Assembly (NCBI RefSeq): GCF_044324785.1 | Contig: NZ_CP172127.1 | Origin: Escherichia coli | Lineage (GTDB): Bacteria; Pseudomonadota; Gammaproteobacteria; Enterobacterales; Enterobacteriaceae | DNA length: 64,000 bases | Reading direction: 5' to 3' (one strand) | Part shown: piece by piece, positions 1-16,168 of the stretch | Position numbering within the stretch: the first letter of the stretch is position 1 | Layout: each line of letters begins with the position of its first letter | The notes under the pieces: model-generated | The model's database searches: none | What the model saw: only the letters and a program-made list of their open reading frames with translations | What the model was told of the DNA's origin: nothing | Program-made: the position numbers and the translations under genes

Positions 1-1
1 A

Positions 2-910
2 TCGCCTAAAGTTATAGAAAGAATTGAGTTTCTTTCTCAAAAAAAAGTATGCTTTCATGAAGGCGATATAAGAGATGAAAGATTTTTGAAATCTGTTTTT
101 AAGGAACATGTCATTACGACGGTAATTCATTTTGCTTCACTTAAATCTGTTTCTGAATCTATTTTAATGCCCATTGAATATTATGATAATAATATTTCTG
201 GAACTCTGACCTTGTTGAAGGTAATGAATTGTTTTGGTGTTAATAATTTTATCTTTAGTTCATCTGCAACAGTTTATGGTACTCCTTCTAGAATTCCGCT
301 TGATGAGTCGTGTGATACTGGAGATACTACAAATCCATATGGAACTTCAAAACATTTTTTGGAGCAGATATTGATTGATACACAACGTGCTAATCCTGCA
401 TTAAATATTATGCTACTGAGGTATTTTAATCCTGTCGGAGCCCATTCATCAGGTTTCATCGGCGAGGACCCGAATGGAATTCCAAATAATCTATTTCCAT
501 ATATTACCCAAGTGGCCATTGGAAGATTACCGAGGTTGTCAATATTTGGAGATGATTATCCAACCGAGGATGGCACTGGAGTAAGAGATTATATACATGT
601 TATGGATTTAGCATCTGGTCATGTTGCTGCTCTCAATAGACAGCCTGTTTTAACGGGATTGCGGTGTTACAATCTTGGCACAGGGAAAGGTTATTCAGTC
701 AAAGAGATTGTTGAAACTTTTCAAAAAATAACTGGAAAAAAAATACCATATATTGTTTCTGCACGTCGTCCCGGTGATATAGCAGAATGTTGGTCGTCAC
801 CAGAGTTAGCTAAAAAAGAACTTCATTGGGAAGCTAAGCGTAGTCTTGAGGATATGGTTATTGATGCTTGGAACTGGCAAAATAATAATCCAAATGGATA
901 TTTAGAATGA
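2..910 (+). CDS. UDP-glucose / UDP-GlcNAc 4-epimerase (GalE/Gne family); 5' end lies outside the window
   Basis: Frame of ORF 86..910 stays open back to nt 2. Translation (..FHEGDIRD..FSSSATVYG..LLRYFNPVGAH..DYPTEDGTGVRDYIHV..) matches the GalE short-chain epimerase family. AT-rich like O-antigen cluster genes, directly upstream of gnd. Confidence 0.8.
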   Translation, partial: SPKVIERIEFLSQKKVCFHEGDIRDERFLKSVFKEHVITTVIHFASLKSVSESILMPIEYYDNNISGTLTLLKVMNCFGVNNFIFSSSATVYGTPSRIPLDESCDTGDTTNPYGTSKHFLEQILIDTQRANPALNIMLLRYFNPVGAHSSGFIGEDPNGIPNNLFPYITQVAIGRLPRLSIFGDDYPTEDGTGVRDYIHVMDLASGHVAALNRQPVLTGLRCYNLGTGKGYSVKEIVETFQKITGKKIPYIVSARRPGDIAECWSSPELAKKELHWEAKRSLEDMVIDAWNWQNNNPNGYLE

Positions 911-1027
911 TGTTATATTATTTCTTTTAAAGGCAGTCTGCTACTATCAATATTTTGTTTGAAATAGTCTAATATATGATTCCAAAACCGCATACATCGC
1001 GGTGAACACCCCTGACAGGAGTAAACA

Positions 1028-2434
1028 ATGTCAAAGCAACAGATCGGCGTCGTCGGTATGGCAGTGATGGGGCGCAACCTTGCGCTCAACATCGAAAGCC
1101 GTGGTTATACCGTCTCTATTTTCAACCGTTCCCGTGAGAAAACGGAAGAAGTGATTGCCGAAAATCCAGGCAAGAAACTGGTTCCTTACTATACGGTGAA
1201 AGAGTTTGTTGAATCTCTGGAAACGCCTCGTCGCATCCTGTTAATGGTGAAAGCAGGTGCAGGCACGGATGCTGCTATTGATTCTCTCAAGCCATACCTC
1301 GATAAAGGCGACATCATCATTGATGGTGGTAACACCTTCTTCCAGGACACCATCCGTCGTAACCGTGAGCTTTCTGCTGAAGGCTTTAACTTCATTGGTA
1401 CCGGTGTCTCCGGTGGTGAGGAGGGCGCACTAAAAGGTCCTTCCATTATGCCTGGTGGGCAGAAAGAAGCCTATGAACTGGTTGCGCCGATCCTGACCAA
1501 AATCGCCGCAGTGGCTGAAGACGGTGAGCCATGCGTTACCTATATTGGTGCCGATGGTGCAGGTCACTATGTGAAGATGGTTCACAACGGTATTGAATAC
1601 GGCGATATGCAGCTGATTGCTGAAGCCTATTCTCTGCTTAAAGGTGGCCTGAATCTTTCCAACGAAGAACTGGCGCAGACCTTTACCGAGTGGAATAACG
1701 GTGAACTGAGCAGCTACCTGATCGACATCACCAAAGATATCTTCACCAAAAAAGATGAAGACGGTAACTACCTGGTTGATGTGATTCTGGATGAAGCAGC
1801 AAACAAAGGTACGGGCAAATGGACCAGCCAGAGTGCGCTGGATCTCGGCGAACCGCTGTCGCTGATTACCGAGTCTGTGTTTGCACGTTATATCTCTTCT
1901 CTGAAAGATCAGCGTGTTGCCGCATCTAAAGTTCTCTCTGGTCCGCAAGCACAGCCAGCAGGCGATAAGGCTGAGTTTATCGAAAAAGTTCGTCGTGCGC
2001 TGTATCTGGGCAAAATCGTTTCTTACGCTCAGGGCTTCTCTCAGCTGCGTGCGGCGTCTGAAGAGTACAACTGGGATCTGAACTACGGCGAAATCGCGAA
2101 GATTTTCCGTGCTGGCTGCATCATCCGTGCGCAGTTCCTGCAGAAAATCACCGATGCATATGCCGAAAATCCGCAGATCGCTAACCTGCTGCTGGCTCCG
2201 TACTTTAAACAAATTGCCGATGATTACCAGCAGGCGCTGCGTGATGTCGTTGCTTATGCAATACAGAACGGTATCCCGGTTCCGACCTTCGCCGCTGCGG
2301 TTGCCTATTATGACAGCTACCGTGCCGCTGTTCTGCCTGCGAACCTGATCCAAGCACAGCGTGACTATTTCGGTGCGCATACTTATAAGCGCATTGATAA
2401 AGATGGTGTGTTCCATACCGAATGGCTGGATTAA
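1028..2434 (+). CDS. gnd: 6-phosphogluconate dehydrogenase, decarboxylating
   Basis: 468 aa, [21 protein letters not shown].. recognised as Gnd; ATG with upstream AGGAG. Confidence 0.97.
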   Translation: MSKQQIGVVGMAVMGRNLALNIESRGYTVSIFNRSREKTEEVIAENPGKKLVPYYTVKEFVESLETPRRILLMVKAGAGTDAAIDSLKPYLDKGDIIIDGGNTFFQDTIRRNRELSAEGFNFIGTGVSGGEEGALKGPSIMPGGQKEAYELVAPILTKIAAVAEDGEPCVTYIGADGAGHYVKMVHNGIEYGDMQLIAEAYSLLKGGLNLSNEELAQTFTEWNNGELSSYLIDITKDIFTKKDEDGNYLVDVILDEAANKGTGKWTSQSALDLGEPLSLITESVFARYISSLKDQRVAASKVLSGPQAQPAGDKAEFIEKVRRALYLGKIVSYAQGFSQLRAASEEYNWDLNYGEIAKIFRAGCIIRAQFLQKITDAYAENPQIANLLLAPYFKQIADDYQQALRDVVAYAIQNGIPVPTFAAAVAYYDSYRAAVLPANLIQAQRDYFGAHTYKRIDKDGVFHTEWLD

Positions 2435-2462
2435 TCTGATTTAAATCAATTAATCAATGCAA

Positions 2463-2491
2463 GGCCCGGAGAAACCCTCCGGGCTTTTTTA
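2463..2491 (+). terminator. Rho-independent terminator after gnd
   Basis: GC hairpin ggcccggag-aaac-cctccgggc followed by a T run. Confidence 0.6.
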
Positions 2492-2682
2492 TTATACAAA
2501 GCGGCAGGTTATGGCCTTTTTTTATAATTTATAGTTAAAAACGCGATATAATACAGCGCCGCACAGCAGGATCGCTGCCTTGACAGTTCATCTACATCAG
2601 CGTTAAAAATCCCGCAGTAGATGAAGTTGTGGTGGTGGACTAATGACCACTCTAAATGTTTAACCGGAAGAAGTCAGAGCTA

Positions 2683-3849
2683 ATGAAAATAACAATTTCA
2701 GGAACAGGTTATGTTGGTCTTTCAAATGGTATTCTGATTGCGCAAAATCACGAAGTGGTTGCACTGGATATCGTTCAGGCCAAAGTGGACATGCTTAACA
2801 AGAAGCAGTCACCGATTGTTGATAAGGAGATTGAAGAGTATCTGGCGACTAAAGATCTCAATTTCCGCGCTACGACAGATAAGTATGACGCGTATAAAAA
2901 TGCCGATTACGTTATTATTGCCACGCCTACCGATTATGACCCGAAAACAAATTATTTTAATACCTCAAGCGTGGAAGCGGTCATTCGCGATGTGACAGAA
3001 ATTAATCCTAATGCTGTCATGGTGATTAAATCTACAATTCCGGTAGGTTTCACCAAATCAATTAAAGAACGTCTGGGTATCGATAACCTTATTTTCTCTC
3101 CGGAATTTCTCCGTGAAGGTAAAGCCCTTTACGATAATCTCCATCCTTCACGTATTGTCATTGGTGAGCGTTCAGAACGCGCAGAACGTTTTGCTGCGTT
3201 GTTACAGGAAGGGGCGATTAAGCAAAATATCCCGACCCTGTTCACCGATTCAACCGAAGCAGAAGCGATTAAACTTTTCGCTAATACCTATCTGGCGATG
3301 CGCGTAGCATACTTTAATGAACTGGATAGCTATGCAGAAAGTTTAGGTCTGAATACTCGCCAGATTATCGAAGGCGTTTGTCTCGATCCGCGTATTGGCA
3401 ACCATTACAACAATCCGTCGTTTGGTTATGGTGGTTATTGTCTGCCGAAAGATACCAAGCAGTTACTGGCGAACTACCAGTCTGTGCCGAATAACCTGAT
3501 TTCGGCAATTGTCGATGCTAACCGCACACGTAAAGACTTTATTGCCGATGCCATTTTGTCACGCAAACCGCAAGTGGTGGGTATTTATCGTCTGATTATG
3601 AAGAGCGGTTCAGATAACTTCCGTGCGTCTTCCATTCAGGGGATTATGAAGCGTATCAAGGCGAAAGGCGTTGAAGTGATCATCTACGAACCGGTGATGA
3701 AAGAAGACTCATTCTTCAACTCTCGCCTGGAACGTGATCTCGCGACCTTCAAACAACAAGCCGACGTCATTATCTCTAACCGTATGGCAGAAGAGCTTAA
3801 GGATGTGGCAGATAAGGTATACACCCGCGATCTCTTTGGCAGTGACTAA
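2683..3849 (+). CDS. ugd: UDP-glucose 6-dehydrogenase
   Basis: Starts [16 protein letters not shown] (388 aa) at an internal ATG of ORF 2656..3849; Rossmann GxGxxG motif. Confidence 0.95.
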   Translation: MKITISGTGYVGLSNGILIAQNHEVVALDIVQAKVDMLNKKQSPIVDKEIEEYLATKDLNFRATTDKYDAYKNADYVIIATPTDYDPKTNYFNTSSVEAVIRDVTEINPNAVMVIKSTIPVGFTKSIKERLGIDNLIFSPEFLREGKALYDNLHPSRIVIGERSERAERFAALLQEGAIKQNIPTLFTDSTEAEAIKLFANTYLAMRVAYFNELDSYAESLGLNTRQIIEGVCLDPRIGNHYNNPSFGYGGYCLPKDTKQLLANYQSVPNNLISAIVDANRTRKDFIADAILSRKPQVVGIYRLIMKSGSDNFRASSIQGIMKRIKAKGVEVIIYEPVMKEDSFFNSRLERDLATFKQQADVIISNRMAEELKDVADKVYTRDLFGSD

Positions 3850-3992
3850 CATCCTGTTATCAGGGCGATTTTCGCCCTGATTCTCTTATGTTCCCTTTGT
3901 AATAATTCATTATTTTTATCATTTATCCTATAGCATTCATGGCGATTATCGCTAAACTATGGCGACTTAAAATTATTTCGTCCGTTAGGGTA

Positions 3993-4973
3993 ATGATGAG
4001 AGTAGAAAATAATAATGTTTCTGGGCAAAACCATGACCCGGAACAGATTGATTTGATTGATTTACTGGTGCAGTTGTGGCGTGGCAAGATGACAATTATC
4101 ATCTCTGTCATTGTTGCTATTGCCCTGGCTATAGGGTATCTGGCCGTTGCCAAAGAAAAGTGGACTTCCACAGCTATCGTTACTCAACCTGATGTGGGGC
4201 AAATCGCTGGTTATACCAACGCGATGAATGTGATCTACGGATCGGCTGTACCGAAAGTCTCCGACATTCAGGCTTCACTTATCGGACGTTACAGCACTGC
4301 ATTCTCAGCATTAGCGGAAACGCTGGATAACCAGGAAGAAGCAGAAAAGCTGACCATTGAGCCTACCGTTAAAAATCAGTCATTACCTTTAGCGGTTTCT
4401 TATGTGGGTGAAACACCTGAAGGTGCGCAGAAACAGCTGGCGAAGTATATCCAGCAAGTTGACGACCAGGTAAACGAAGAACTGGAAAAAGACCTGAAAG
4501 ACAACATCGCGCTGCGTATGAAAAACTTGCAGGATTCGCTGAAGACCCAGGAAGTGGTCGCGCAGGAGCAGAAAGATCTGCGTATCCGTCAGATTCAGGA
4601 AGCGTTGCAGTATGCGAATCAGGCGCAGGTGACAAAGCCACAGGTTCAGCAGACTGAAGATGTGACACAAGACACGTTGTTCCTTTTGGGGAGCGAAGCG
4701 CTGGAGTCGATGATTAAGCATGAGGCGACCCGTCCGTTGGTGTTCTCGCCAAACTACTATCAGACTCGTCAAAACCTGCTGGATATCGAAAGCTTAAAAG
4801 TTGATGATCTTGATATTCATGCTTACCGTTATGTGATGAAACCGACGTTACCTATTCGTCGCGATAGTCCGAAAAAGGCAATCACCTTGATTCTGGCGGT
4901 GCTGCTGGGCGGCATGGTTGGCGCGGGGATTGTGCTGGGGCGTAACGCTCTGCGTAATTACAACGCGAAGTAA
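3993..4973 (+). CDS. wzzB: O-antigen chain length determinant (Wzz, polysaccharide co-polymerase)
   Basis: Translation MRVENNNVSGQNHDPEQIDLIDLL.. with C-terminal TM segment and proline/glycine motif; start chosen at the internal ATG pair of ORF 3939..4973. Confidence 0.9.
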   Translation: MMRVENNNVSGQNHDPEQIDLIDLLVQLWRGKMTIIISVIVAIALAIGYLAVAKEKWTSTAIVTQPDVGQIAGYTNAMNVIYGSAVPKVSDIQASLIGRYSTAFSALAETLDNQEEAEKLTIEPTVKNQSLPLAVSYVGETPEGAQKQLAKYIQQVDDQVNEELEKDLKDNIALRMKNLQDSLKTQEVVAQEQKDLRIRQIQEALQYANQAQVTKPQVQQTEDVTQDTLFLLGSEALESMIKHEATRPLVFSPNYYQTRQNLLDIESLKVDDLDIHAYRYVMKPTLPIRRDSPKKAITLILAVLLGGMVGAGIVLGRNALRNYNAK

Positions 4974-4995
4974 TCTTTTCGGTTTTAAAGAAAAA

Positions 4996-5028
4996 GGGCA
5001 GGGTGGTGACACCTTGCCCGTTTTTTTT
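4996..5028. terminator. Bidirectional intrinsic terminator between wzzB (+) and hisI (-)
   Basis: Hairpin gggcagggtggtgacaccttgccc flanked by a T run on the plus strand and an A run (T run on minus) upstream; a second inverted repeat follows at about 5029-5057. Confidence 0.55.
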
Positions 5029-5069
5029 GCCGGATGCGACAACAATATCGCATCCGCTTACCCCGCAAC

Positions 5070-5674
5070 TCACTGATGCCGTTTACGCAGGTTCTCAATC
5101 ACCGTCGTTAAATCCAGATCCTGATCCTGCAACAATACCAGCAGGTGATACATCAAGTCAGACGCCTCGTTGGTGAGTTCAAAGCGGTCATGTACCGTTG
5201 CTGCTAGTGCGGTTTCCACGCCTTCTTCGCCCACTTTCTGTGCAATGCGTTTGGTGCCGCTGGCATACAGTTTGGCGGTGTAGGAGGTTTCCGGGTCGGC
5301 AGATTTACGTTCGGCGAGCAGTTGTTCCAGTTGATACAGGAACAGCCACTGGTGAGCGGTGTCGCCGAAGCAGCTGCTGGTGCCTTTGTGGCAGGTTGGT
5401 CCGATAGGATTCGCCAGTACCAGTAGCGTGTCGTTGTCGCAGTCCGGCGCAATATTTACTACGTTGAGGAAATTGCCCGACGTTTCGCCTTTGGTCCACA
5501 GCCGTTGTTTAGTGCGCGAGAAGAAGGTGACTTTGCCGCTTTCGATGGTTTTGTCTAAAGCTTCCGGGTTCATATAGCCCAGCATTAGCACTTCACCGGA
5601 TACCGCGTGTTGCACAATCACCGGCATAAGTCCGTCGGTTTTTTCCCAGTCCAGTTCGCGACGTTGTTGTTCTG

Positions 5675-5681
<7 letters not shown>
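5070..5681 (-). CDS. hisI: Bifunctional phosphoribosyl-AMP cyclohydrolase / phosphoribosyl-ATP pyrophosphatase
   Basis: 203 aa, [25 protein letters not shown].. recognised as HisIE. Confidence 0.95.
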
Positions 5682-7759
<2,078 letters not shown>

Positions 7760-7760
<1 letters not shown>

Positions 7761-8826
7761 TACAGCACTCCTTTCGACGAGGGCAGGGTATCGCCTTCCA
7801 CGCGGATGGCCTGGCGCAGGGTGCGACCAAAGGCTTTGAACAGGCTCTCTACACGGTGGTGATCGTTTTTACCTTTGGTTTTCAGGTGCAACGTCACGCC
7901 CATGGTGTAAGAGAGCGAACGGAAGAAGTGCTCGATCATCTCGGTGCTGAGATCGCCGACGCGCTGGTAGGTAAATTCAGCTTTATATTCCAGGTGTGGG
8001 CGACCAGAGATATCCAGTGCACAGCGGGCAAGGCATTCGTCCATCGGCAGCACAAAACCAAAGCGGCAAATACCGCGTTTGTCACCGAGGGCAATTTTTA
8101 ATGCTTCGCCCAGCGCCAGGCCGGTATCTTCGACGGTGTGGTGATCGTCGATATAGAGGTCGCCTTTGACGTTGATTTCCATACGGAAACCGCCGTGGGT
8201 AGCGATCTGATCCAGCATGTGATCAAAGAAGCCAACGCCGGTGTTAATCTTGCTGCCACCTTCGCGATCCAGCCACACCTGGACGTCAATCTGCGTCTCT
8301 TTGGTGTTGCGCACTACATGGGCGTAACGGTCTCGTTTCGTGAGTTGCTCGCCAATCATCGGCCAGTTCAGGGTTTCGCGGTTGTAGCGTAAACCATTAA
8401 TGCCCATGTTTTCCGCCAGTTGAATGTCGGTCGCGCGATCGCCAATCACATAACTGTTGGCGCGATCCATCGCTTGCTCAGCCAGGTAACGCTCCACCAG
8501 TTTTACTTTCGGCTTACGGCAGTCGCACTCATCGGCGGGCAGGTGCGGACAAATCAGCACTTCATCAAACTGCACGCCTTGCGAGGTGAAGATCTGCATC
8601 ATCAGGTTGTGCGGGCCATCAAAATCCGCCTGCGGGAAACTTTGTGTTCCAAGACCATCCTGATTAGTGATCATCACCAGCTTGTAGCCCGCTTTTTGCA
8701 GCTTCAGCAGCTCCGGGATCACGCCTGGTTCAAAGGCGAGTTTGTCAAAACGGTCCACCTGAAAATCACTCGGCGGTTCGCTAATCAGGGTTCCATCGCG
8801 ATCGATAAAAAGATACTTCTGACTCA

Positions 8827-8827
<1 letters not shown>
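7760..8827 (-). CDS. hisB: Bifunctional histidinol-phosphatase / imidazoleglycerol-phosphate dehydratase
   Basis: [15 protein letters not shown].. HisB; second ATG of ORF 7760..8830 taken as start. Confidence 0.93.
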
Positions 8828-11198
<2,371 letters not shown>

Positions 11199-11203
11199 GG
11201 CGA

Positions 11204-12103
11204 TCACTCCATCATCTTCTCAATCGGCAGGACCAGGATTGAACTGGCACCCAGCGCTTTCAGTTTTTCCATCGTTTCCCAGAACAGGGTTTCGCTGCTG
11301 ACCATGTGCATCGCTACGCGCTGTTGATCACCCGCCAGCGGCAGAATGGTTGGGCGTTCGGCACCTGGCAGCAGGGCGATGACTTCATCCAGGCGTTCGG
11401 TCGGTGCGTGCATCATGATGTATTTTGATTCGCGCGCCTGGATCACACCCTGAATACGGGTCAGCAGTTTGTCGATCAGCTGCTGTTTAGATTCTTCCAT
11501 TTCTCCATCGCGCTGGATCAGGCAGGCTTTCGAGCGGTAGATAACTTCGACTTCGCGCAGGCCATTTGCTTCCAGCGTGGCACCGGTGGAAACCAGATCG
11601 CAAATCGCATCCGCCAGTCCGGCGCGCGGGGCGACTTCAACAGAACCGTTCAGTAAGCAGGATTTAAAAGAGATGCCTTTCTGGTCGAGATAACGCTTGA
11701 GCAGGTGAGGATAAGAGGTGGCGATACGTTTACCGTTTAAGGAGAGCGGACCGTCCCAGGCTTCATCAACCGGCGTTGCCAGCGAAAGGCGGCAGCCGCC
11801 GAAATCCAGTCGACGCAGGGTAAAGTAGCGCGGATCTTCACCCTGGGCGCGGCGGTTAAGCAGCTCTTCTTCCAGCACGTTTTCGCCGATAATCCCAAGG
11901 TCTACCACGCCGTCCATTACCAGACCGGGAATGTCGTCGTCACGCACGCGCAGAATATCAATCGGCATGTTTTCTGCCATCGCGATCAGGCGCTGGGTGT
12001 GAAGATTAATTTTAATGCCACAGCGCGCCAGTAATTCGCGTGAGTCATCACTTAAACGGCCGGATTTCTGCATAGCTATGCGTAAACGAGTGTTGTCTGT
12101 CAT
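11204..12103 (-). CDS. hisG: ATP phosphoribosyltransferase
   Basis: [25 protein letters not shown].. HisG (299 aa); internal ATG of ORF 11204..12142 taken as start. Confidence 0.93.
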
Positions 12104-12149
12104 TTTGTTATTCCTCTTTAAACCTGTCTGAACCGTTATCAACCGCGCA

Positions 12150-12186
12150 ATAAAAAAGCCCCCGGAAGGTGATCTTCCGGGGGCTT
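12150..12186 (-). terminator. his operon attenuator terminator
   Basis: On the minus strand agcccccggaag..cttccgggggct hairpin followed by a U run, located between hisL and hisG. Confidence 0.85.
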
Positions 12187-12248
12187 TCTCATGCGTTCAT
12201 GCACCACTGGAAGATCTGAATGTCTTCCAGCACACATCGCCTGAAAGA

Positions 12249-12299
12249 CTAGTCAGGATGATGGTGATGATGGTGGTGTTTAAATTGAACGCGTGTCAT
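12249..12299 (-). CDS. hisL: his operon leader peptide
   Basis: Minus-strand reading gives ATG ACA CGC GTT CAA TTT AAA (CAC/CAT)x7 CCT GAC TAG = MTRVQFKHHHHHHHPD; too short to appear in the ORF track. Confidence 0.95.
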   Translation of the reverse strand: MTRVQFKHHHHHHHPD

Positions 12300-12523
12300 A
12301 AAAGTCTCTGTGAATGTTTATTCAACTGATGTCATTTAACCTAAACCACTTTCACGTTAGAAAGCAAGGGCTTTTTTATATATTTTATGGCGATGGATTT
12401 GTTTAATGAATGAGCGGGGAAAGGTGGGGGCCAGGAGTGACTACGTTAGAAAAGTAATCGTGAAAATATGTCTTTAAAACCCTCAAGAACATTGTGTTCT
12501 GTAACTAAAGTGGGCTTTGTTCC

Positions 12524-12557
12524 TGCCGGATGCGGCGTGAATGCCTTATCAGGTCTA
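12524..12557. repeat. REP (repetitive extragenic palindromic) element
   Basis: gccggatgcggcgtgaatgccttatcaggtctac matches the E. coli REP consensus; lies in the hisL-yeeZ intergenic region. Confidence 0.6.
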
Positions 12558-12725
12558 CAAATGTTGCCTAAATTCAATATATTGATGTTTTTGTAGGACT
12601 GATAAGCGGAGCGCATCAGTCAATGGTATATTTGCTAACAGTTTCGATTTCATTCATAGAATGAATTGTCAGTTTTGATACGCTAGCGTAGCCTTATAGA
12701 TCTAAGGTGTATCAGGAGATAACGG

Positions 12726-13550
12726 ATGAAAAAGGTCGCAATTGTCGGGTTAGGGTGGTTAGGCATGCCGCTGGCGATGTCACTTTCAGCGCGAGGCTGG
12801 CAAGTCACCGGGAGTAAAACCACACAAGATGGTGTCGAAGCGGCCCGAATGAGTGGCATTGATAGCTATCTGCTTCGCATGGAGCCTGAGTTAGTTTGCG
12901 ATTCTGACGATCTGGATGCCCTGATGGATGCCGATGCGCTGGTCATTACGCTTCCGGCACGTCGTAGCGGCCCCGGCGATGAGTTCTATTTACAAGCGGT
13001 ACAAGAGTTAGTGGATAGCGCGCTGGCCCATCGTATTCCCCGCATTATTTTTACCAGCTCAACATCTGTCTATGGCGACGCGCAAGGCACGGTGAAAGAA
13101 ACCACCCCGCGTAATCCGGTGACCAACAGTGGACGAGTATTAGAAGAACTCGAAGACTGGTTGCACAATTTACCCGGTACTTCGGTCGATATTCTGCGTC
13201 TTGCGGGCCTGGTCGGGCCGGGACGTCATCCCGGACGTTTCTTTGCCGGAAAAACCGCCCCTGATGGTGAACATGGTGTTAATTTAGTCCATTTAGAAGA
13301 TGTTATTGGCGCTATCACTCTGTTGTTACAGGCACCTAAAGGCGGACACATCTATAATATATGTGCGCCAGCTCACCCTGCGCGTAATGTTTTCTACCCG
13401 CAGATGGCCCGTTTACTGGGGCTGGAACCTCCGCAGTTCAGAAATAGTCTGGACAGCGGCAAAGGTAAGATTATTGATGGCAGTCGGATTTGTAATGAAC
13501 TGGGATTTGAATACCAGTATCCCGATCCGCTGGTAATGCCGCTGGAGTAA
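12726..13550 (+). CDS. yeeZ: NAD-dependent epimerase/dehydratase-like protein
   Basis: 274 aa, MKKVAIVGLGWLGMPLAMSLSARGWQVTG.. recognised as YeeZ (Rossmann fold). Confidence 0.9.
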   Translation: MKKVAIVGLGWLGMPLAMSLSARGWQVTGSKTTQDGVEAARMSGIDSYLLRMEPELVCDSDDLDALMDADALVITLPARRSGPGDEFYLQAVQELVDSALAHRIPRIIFTSSTSVYGDAQGTVKETTPRNPVTNSGRVLEELEDWLHNLPGTSVDILRLAGLVGPGRHPGRFFAGKTAPDGEHGVNLVHLEDVIGAITLLLQAPKGGHIYNICAPAHPARNVFYPQMARLLGLEPPQFRNSLDSGKGKIIDGSRICNELGFEYQYPDPLVMPLE

Positions 13551-13595
13551 ACGATCACGCCAGCAGGACGCCGCATGCACTGCAAGGGGGCGTGT

Positions 13596-14525
13596 ATGAA
13601 ACCACTGCTGGATGTGTTGATGATCCTCGATGCCTTAGAAAAAGAGGGCAGTTTTGCGGCGGCGTCGGCTAAACTCTACAAGACGCCGTCCGCTCTGAGT
13701 TATACCGTTCACAAGCTGGAAAGCGACCTTAATATTCAATTGCTTGATCGTAGCGGACACCGCGCTAAATTCACCCGCACCGGAAAAATGTTATTAGAGA
13801 AAGGGCGGGAAGTTCTGCATACCGTGCGAGAACTGGAAAAGCAGGCGATCAAACTGCATGAAGGCTGGGAAAACGAGCTGGTGATTGGCGTGGACGACAC
13901 GTTTCCTTTTTCTCTGCTTGCGCCACTCATTGAAGCTTTTTATCAACATCATAGTGTGACGCGCCTGAAGTTTATCAATGGCGTACTCGGTGGCTCCTGG
14001 GATGCCCTGACTCAGGGTCGAGCGGATATTATTGTTGGCGCAATGCATGAGCCACCATCTTCCAGTGAGTTTGGTTTTTCACGGTTGGGCGATCTGGAAC
14101 AAGTCTTTGCGGTCGCGCCTCATCATCCGTTAGCCCTGGAAGAAGAACCGTTAAACCGTCGTATCATTAAACGATATCGGGCGATTGTGGTGGGGGACAC
14201 TGCACAGGCCGGCGCTTCTACGGCCTCACAACTTCTCGACGAACAAGAAGCTATTACCGTTTTCGATTTTAAAACCAAGCTGGAGCTGCAAATTAGCGGC
14301 CTCGGCTGCGGCTATTTACCCCGTTATCTGGCGCAACGTTTTCTCGATAGTGGCGCGTTAATCGAGAAGAAAGTAGTCGCCCAAACTCTCTTTGAACCCG
14401 TCTGGATTGGCTGGAACGAACAGACCGCAGGGCTTGCCAGCGGTTGGTGGCGAGATGAAATTTTAGCAAATAGTGCGATCGCCGGTGTTTATGCAAAATC
14501 TGATGACGGAAAATCAGCCATTTAA
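13596..14525 (+). CDS. yeeY: LysR-family transcriptional regulator
   Basis: MKPLLDVLMILDALEKEGSFAAASAKLYKTPSALSYTVHKLE.. (LysR HTH); internal ATG of ORF 13575..14525. Confidence 0.9.
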   Translation: MKPLLDVLMILDALEKEGSFAAASAKLYKTPSALSYTVHKLESDLNIQLLDRSGHRAKFTRTGKMLLEKGREVLHTVRELEKQAIKLHEGWENELVIGVDDTFPFSLLAPLIEAFYQHHSVTRLKFINGVLGGSWDALTQGRADIIVGAMHEPPSSSEFGFSRLGDLEQVFAVAPHHPLALEEEPLNRRIIKRYRAIVVGDTAQAGASTASQLLDEQEAITVFDFKTKLELQISGLGCGYLPRYLAQRFLDSGALIEKKVVAQTLFEPVWIGWNEQTAGLASGWWRDEILANSAIAGVYAKSDDGKSAI

Positions 14526-14791
14526 AGAAAAATTATTATGACAAGCCTCTCATTCTCTTGTCATTTCCCCCCCATTTAGGCACAATGCGCCGCTGTCAAA
14601 AAATGACTAAAAACCGACGTTTCATCAGCGTCGGTTATTTTTTGCTTCAAACCAATCATTCATACCAAGAGGCCGGGCTTCGTACCGGATAGATATTTAC
14701 TAAAAATCGACAGTTGTTGTCGCTGAGGAATCCAAAAAAATGGGGCAATTTTTTGCTTACGCGACGGTTATCACCGTAAAGGAGAATGACC

Positions 14792-16150
14792 ATGTCGCAT
14801 AACGTTACTCCAAACACCTCTCGCGTGGAATTGCGTAAAACGCTTACGTTAGTTCCGGTTGTAATGATGGGTCTTGCCTATATGCAGCCGATGACGCTGT
14901 TTGATACTTTTGGTATCGTTTCAGGCCTCACGGATGGTCATGTGCCGACAGCCTATGCGTTCGCATTGATTGCGATCCTGTTTACGGCTCTGAGCTACGG
15001 GAAGCTGGTTCGCCGCTATCCTTCTGCTGGCTCTGCATACACTTACGCCCAGAAATCCATTAGCCCGACTGTCGGCTTTATGGTGGGTTGGTCTTCTCTG
15101 CTCGACTATCTGTTCGCGCCGATGATCAACATTCTGCTGGCGAAAATCTATTTTGAAGCTCTGGTGCCTTCCATCCCATCGTGGATGTTTGTGGTGGCGC
15201 TGGTGGCCTTTATGACCGCCTTTAACCTGCGTAGTCTGAAATCCGTAGCGAACTTCAACACTGTAATCGTCGTGTTGCAGGTAGTGCTGATCGCGGTGAT
15301 TCTGGGCATGGTTGTTTATGGCGTATTTGAAGGTGAAGGCGCTGGTACGCTGGCGAGCACTCGTCCGTTCTGGTCTGGCGATGCGCATGTTATCCCGATG
15401 ATTACCGGGGCGACAATCCTGTGCTTCTCCTTTACCGGCTTTGACGGCATCAGCAACCTGTCGGAAGAAACCAAAGATGCAGAGCGCGTGATCCCGCGTG
15501 CGATTTTCCTGACCGCGCTGATCGGCGGCATGATCTTCATCTTTGCAACTTACTTCCTGCAACTGTATTTCCCGGATATCTCTCGCTTTAAAGATCCGGA
15601 TGCGTCACAGCCTGAAATCATGCTGTACGTTGCGGGTAAAGCGTTCCAGGTTGGCGCGCTGATCTTCTCCACCATTACCGTACTGGCGTCCGGTATGGCG
15701 GCGCACGCAGGCGTTGCGCGTCTGATGTACGTAATGGGGCGTGACGGTGTGTTCCCGAAAAGCTTCTTCGGTTATGTACACCCGAAATGGCGTACTCCGG
15801 CAATGAACATCATCCTGGTTGGCGCGATTGCCTTGCTGGCAATCAACTTCGACCTGGTAATGGCTACGGCGCTGATTAACTTTGGTGCGCTGGTGGCGTT
15901 CACCTTCGTTAACCTGTCGGTTATTTCGCAGTTCTGGATCCGTGAGAAGCGTAACAAGACGCTGAAAGATCACTTCCAGTATCTGTTCCTGCCGATGTGT
16001 GGTGCGCTGACCGTTGGTGCGCTGTGGGTTAACCTGGAAGAAAGCTCAATGGTTCTGGGTCTGATCTGGGCGGCTATCGGCCTGATTTACCTGGCTTGCG
16101 TCACCAAGAGCTTCCGTAACCCGGTTCCGCAGTACGAAGACGTTGCATAA
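14792..16150 (+). CDS. plaP: Putrescine importer (APC superfamily permease)
   Basis: [33 protein letters not shown].. PlaP/YeeF; ATG at 14792 has AAGGAG 7 nt upstream. Confidence 0.93.
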   Translation: MSHNVTPNTSRVELRKTLTLVPVVMMGLAYMQPMTLFDTFGIVSGLTDGHVPTAYAFALIAILFTALSYGKLVRRYPSAGSAYTYAQKSISPTVGFMVGWSSLLDYLFAPMINILLAKIYFEALVPSIPSWMFVVALVAFMTAFNLRSLKSVANFNTVIVVLQVVLIAVILGMVVYGVFEGEGAGTLASTRPFWSGDAHVIPMITGATILCFSFTGFDGISNLSEETKDAERVIPRAIFLTALIGGMIFIFATYFLQLYFPDISRFKDPDASQPEIMLYVAGKAFQVGALIFSTITVLASGMAAHAGVARLMYVMGRDGVFPKSFFGYVHPKWRTPAMNIILVGAIALLAINFDLVMATALINFGALVAFTFVNLSVISQFWIREKRNKTLKDHFQYLFLPMCGALTVGALWVNLEESSMVLGLIWAAIGLIYLACVTKSFRNPVPQYEDVA

Positions 16151-16168
16151 TCATCTTTTCTAATAATA

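Noticed and set aside
1430-2416. 328-aa ORF antisense to gnd
   Set aside because: Lies entirely inside, and antisense to, a well-supported conserved gene; typical of spurious long ORFs opposite GC-rich coding sequence.
14921-15973. ORFs antisense to plaP (213 aa and 122 aa)
   Set aside because: Embedded in a conserved transporter gene; highly basic, low-complexity translations.
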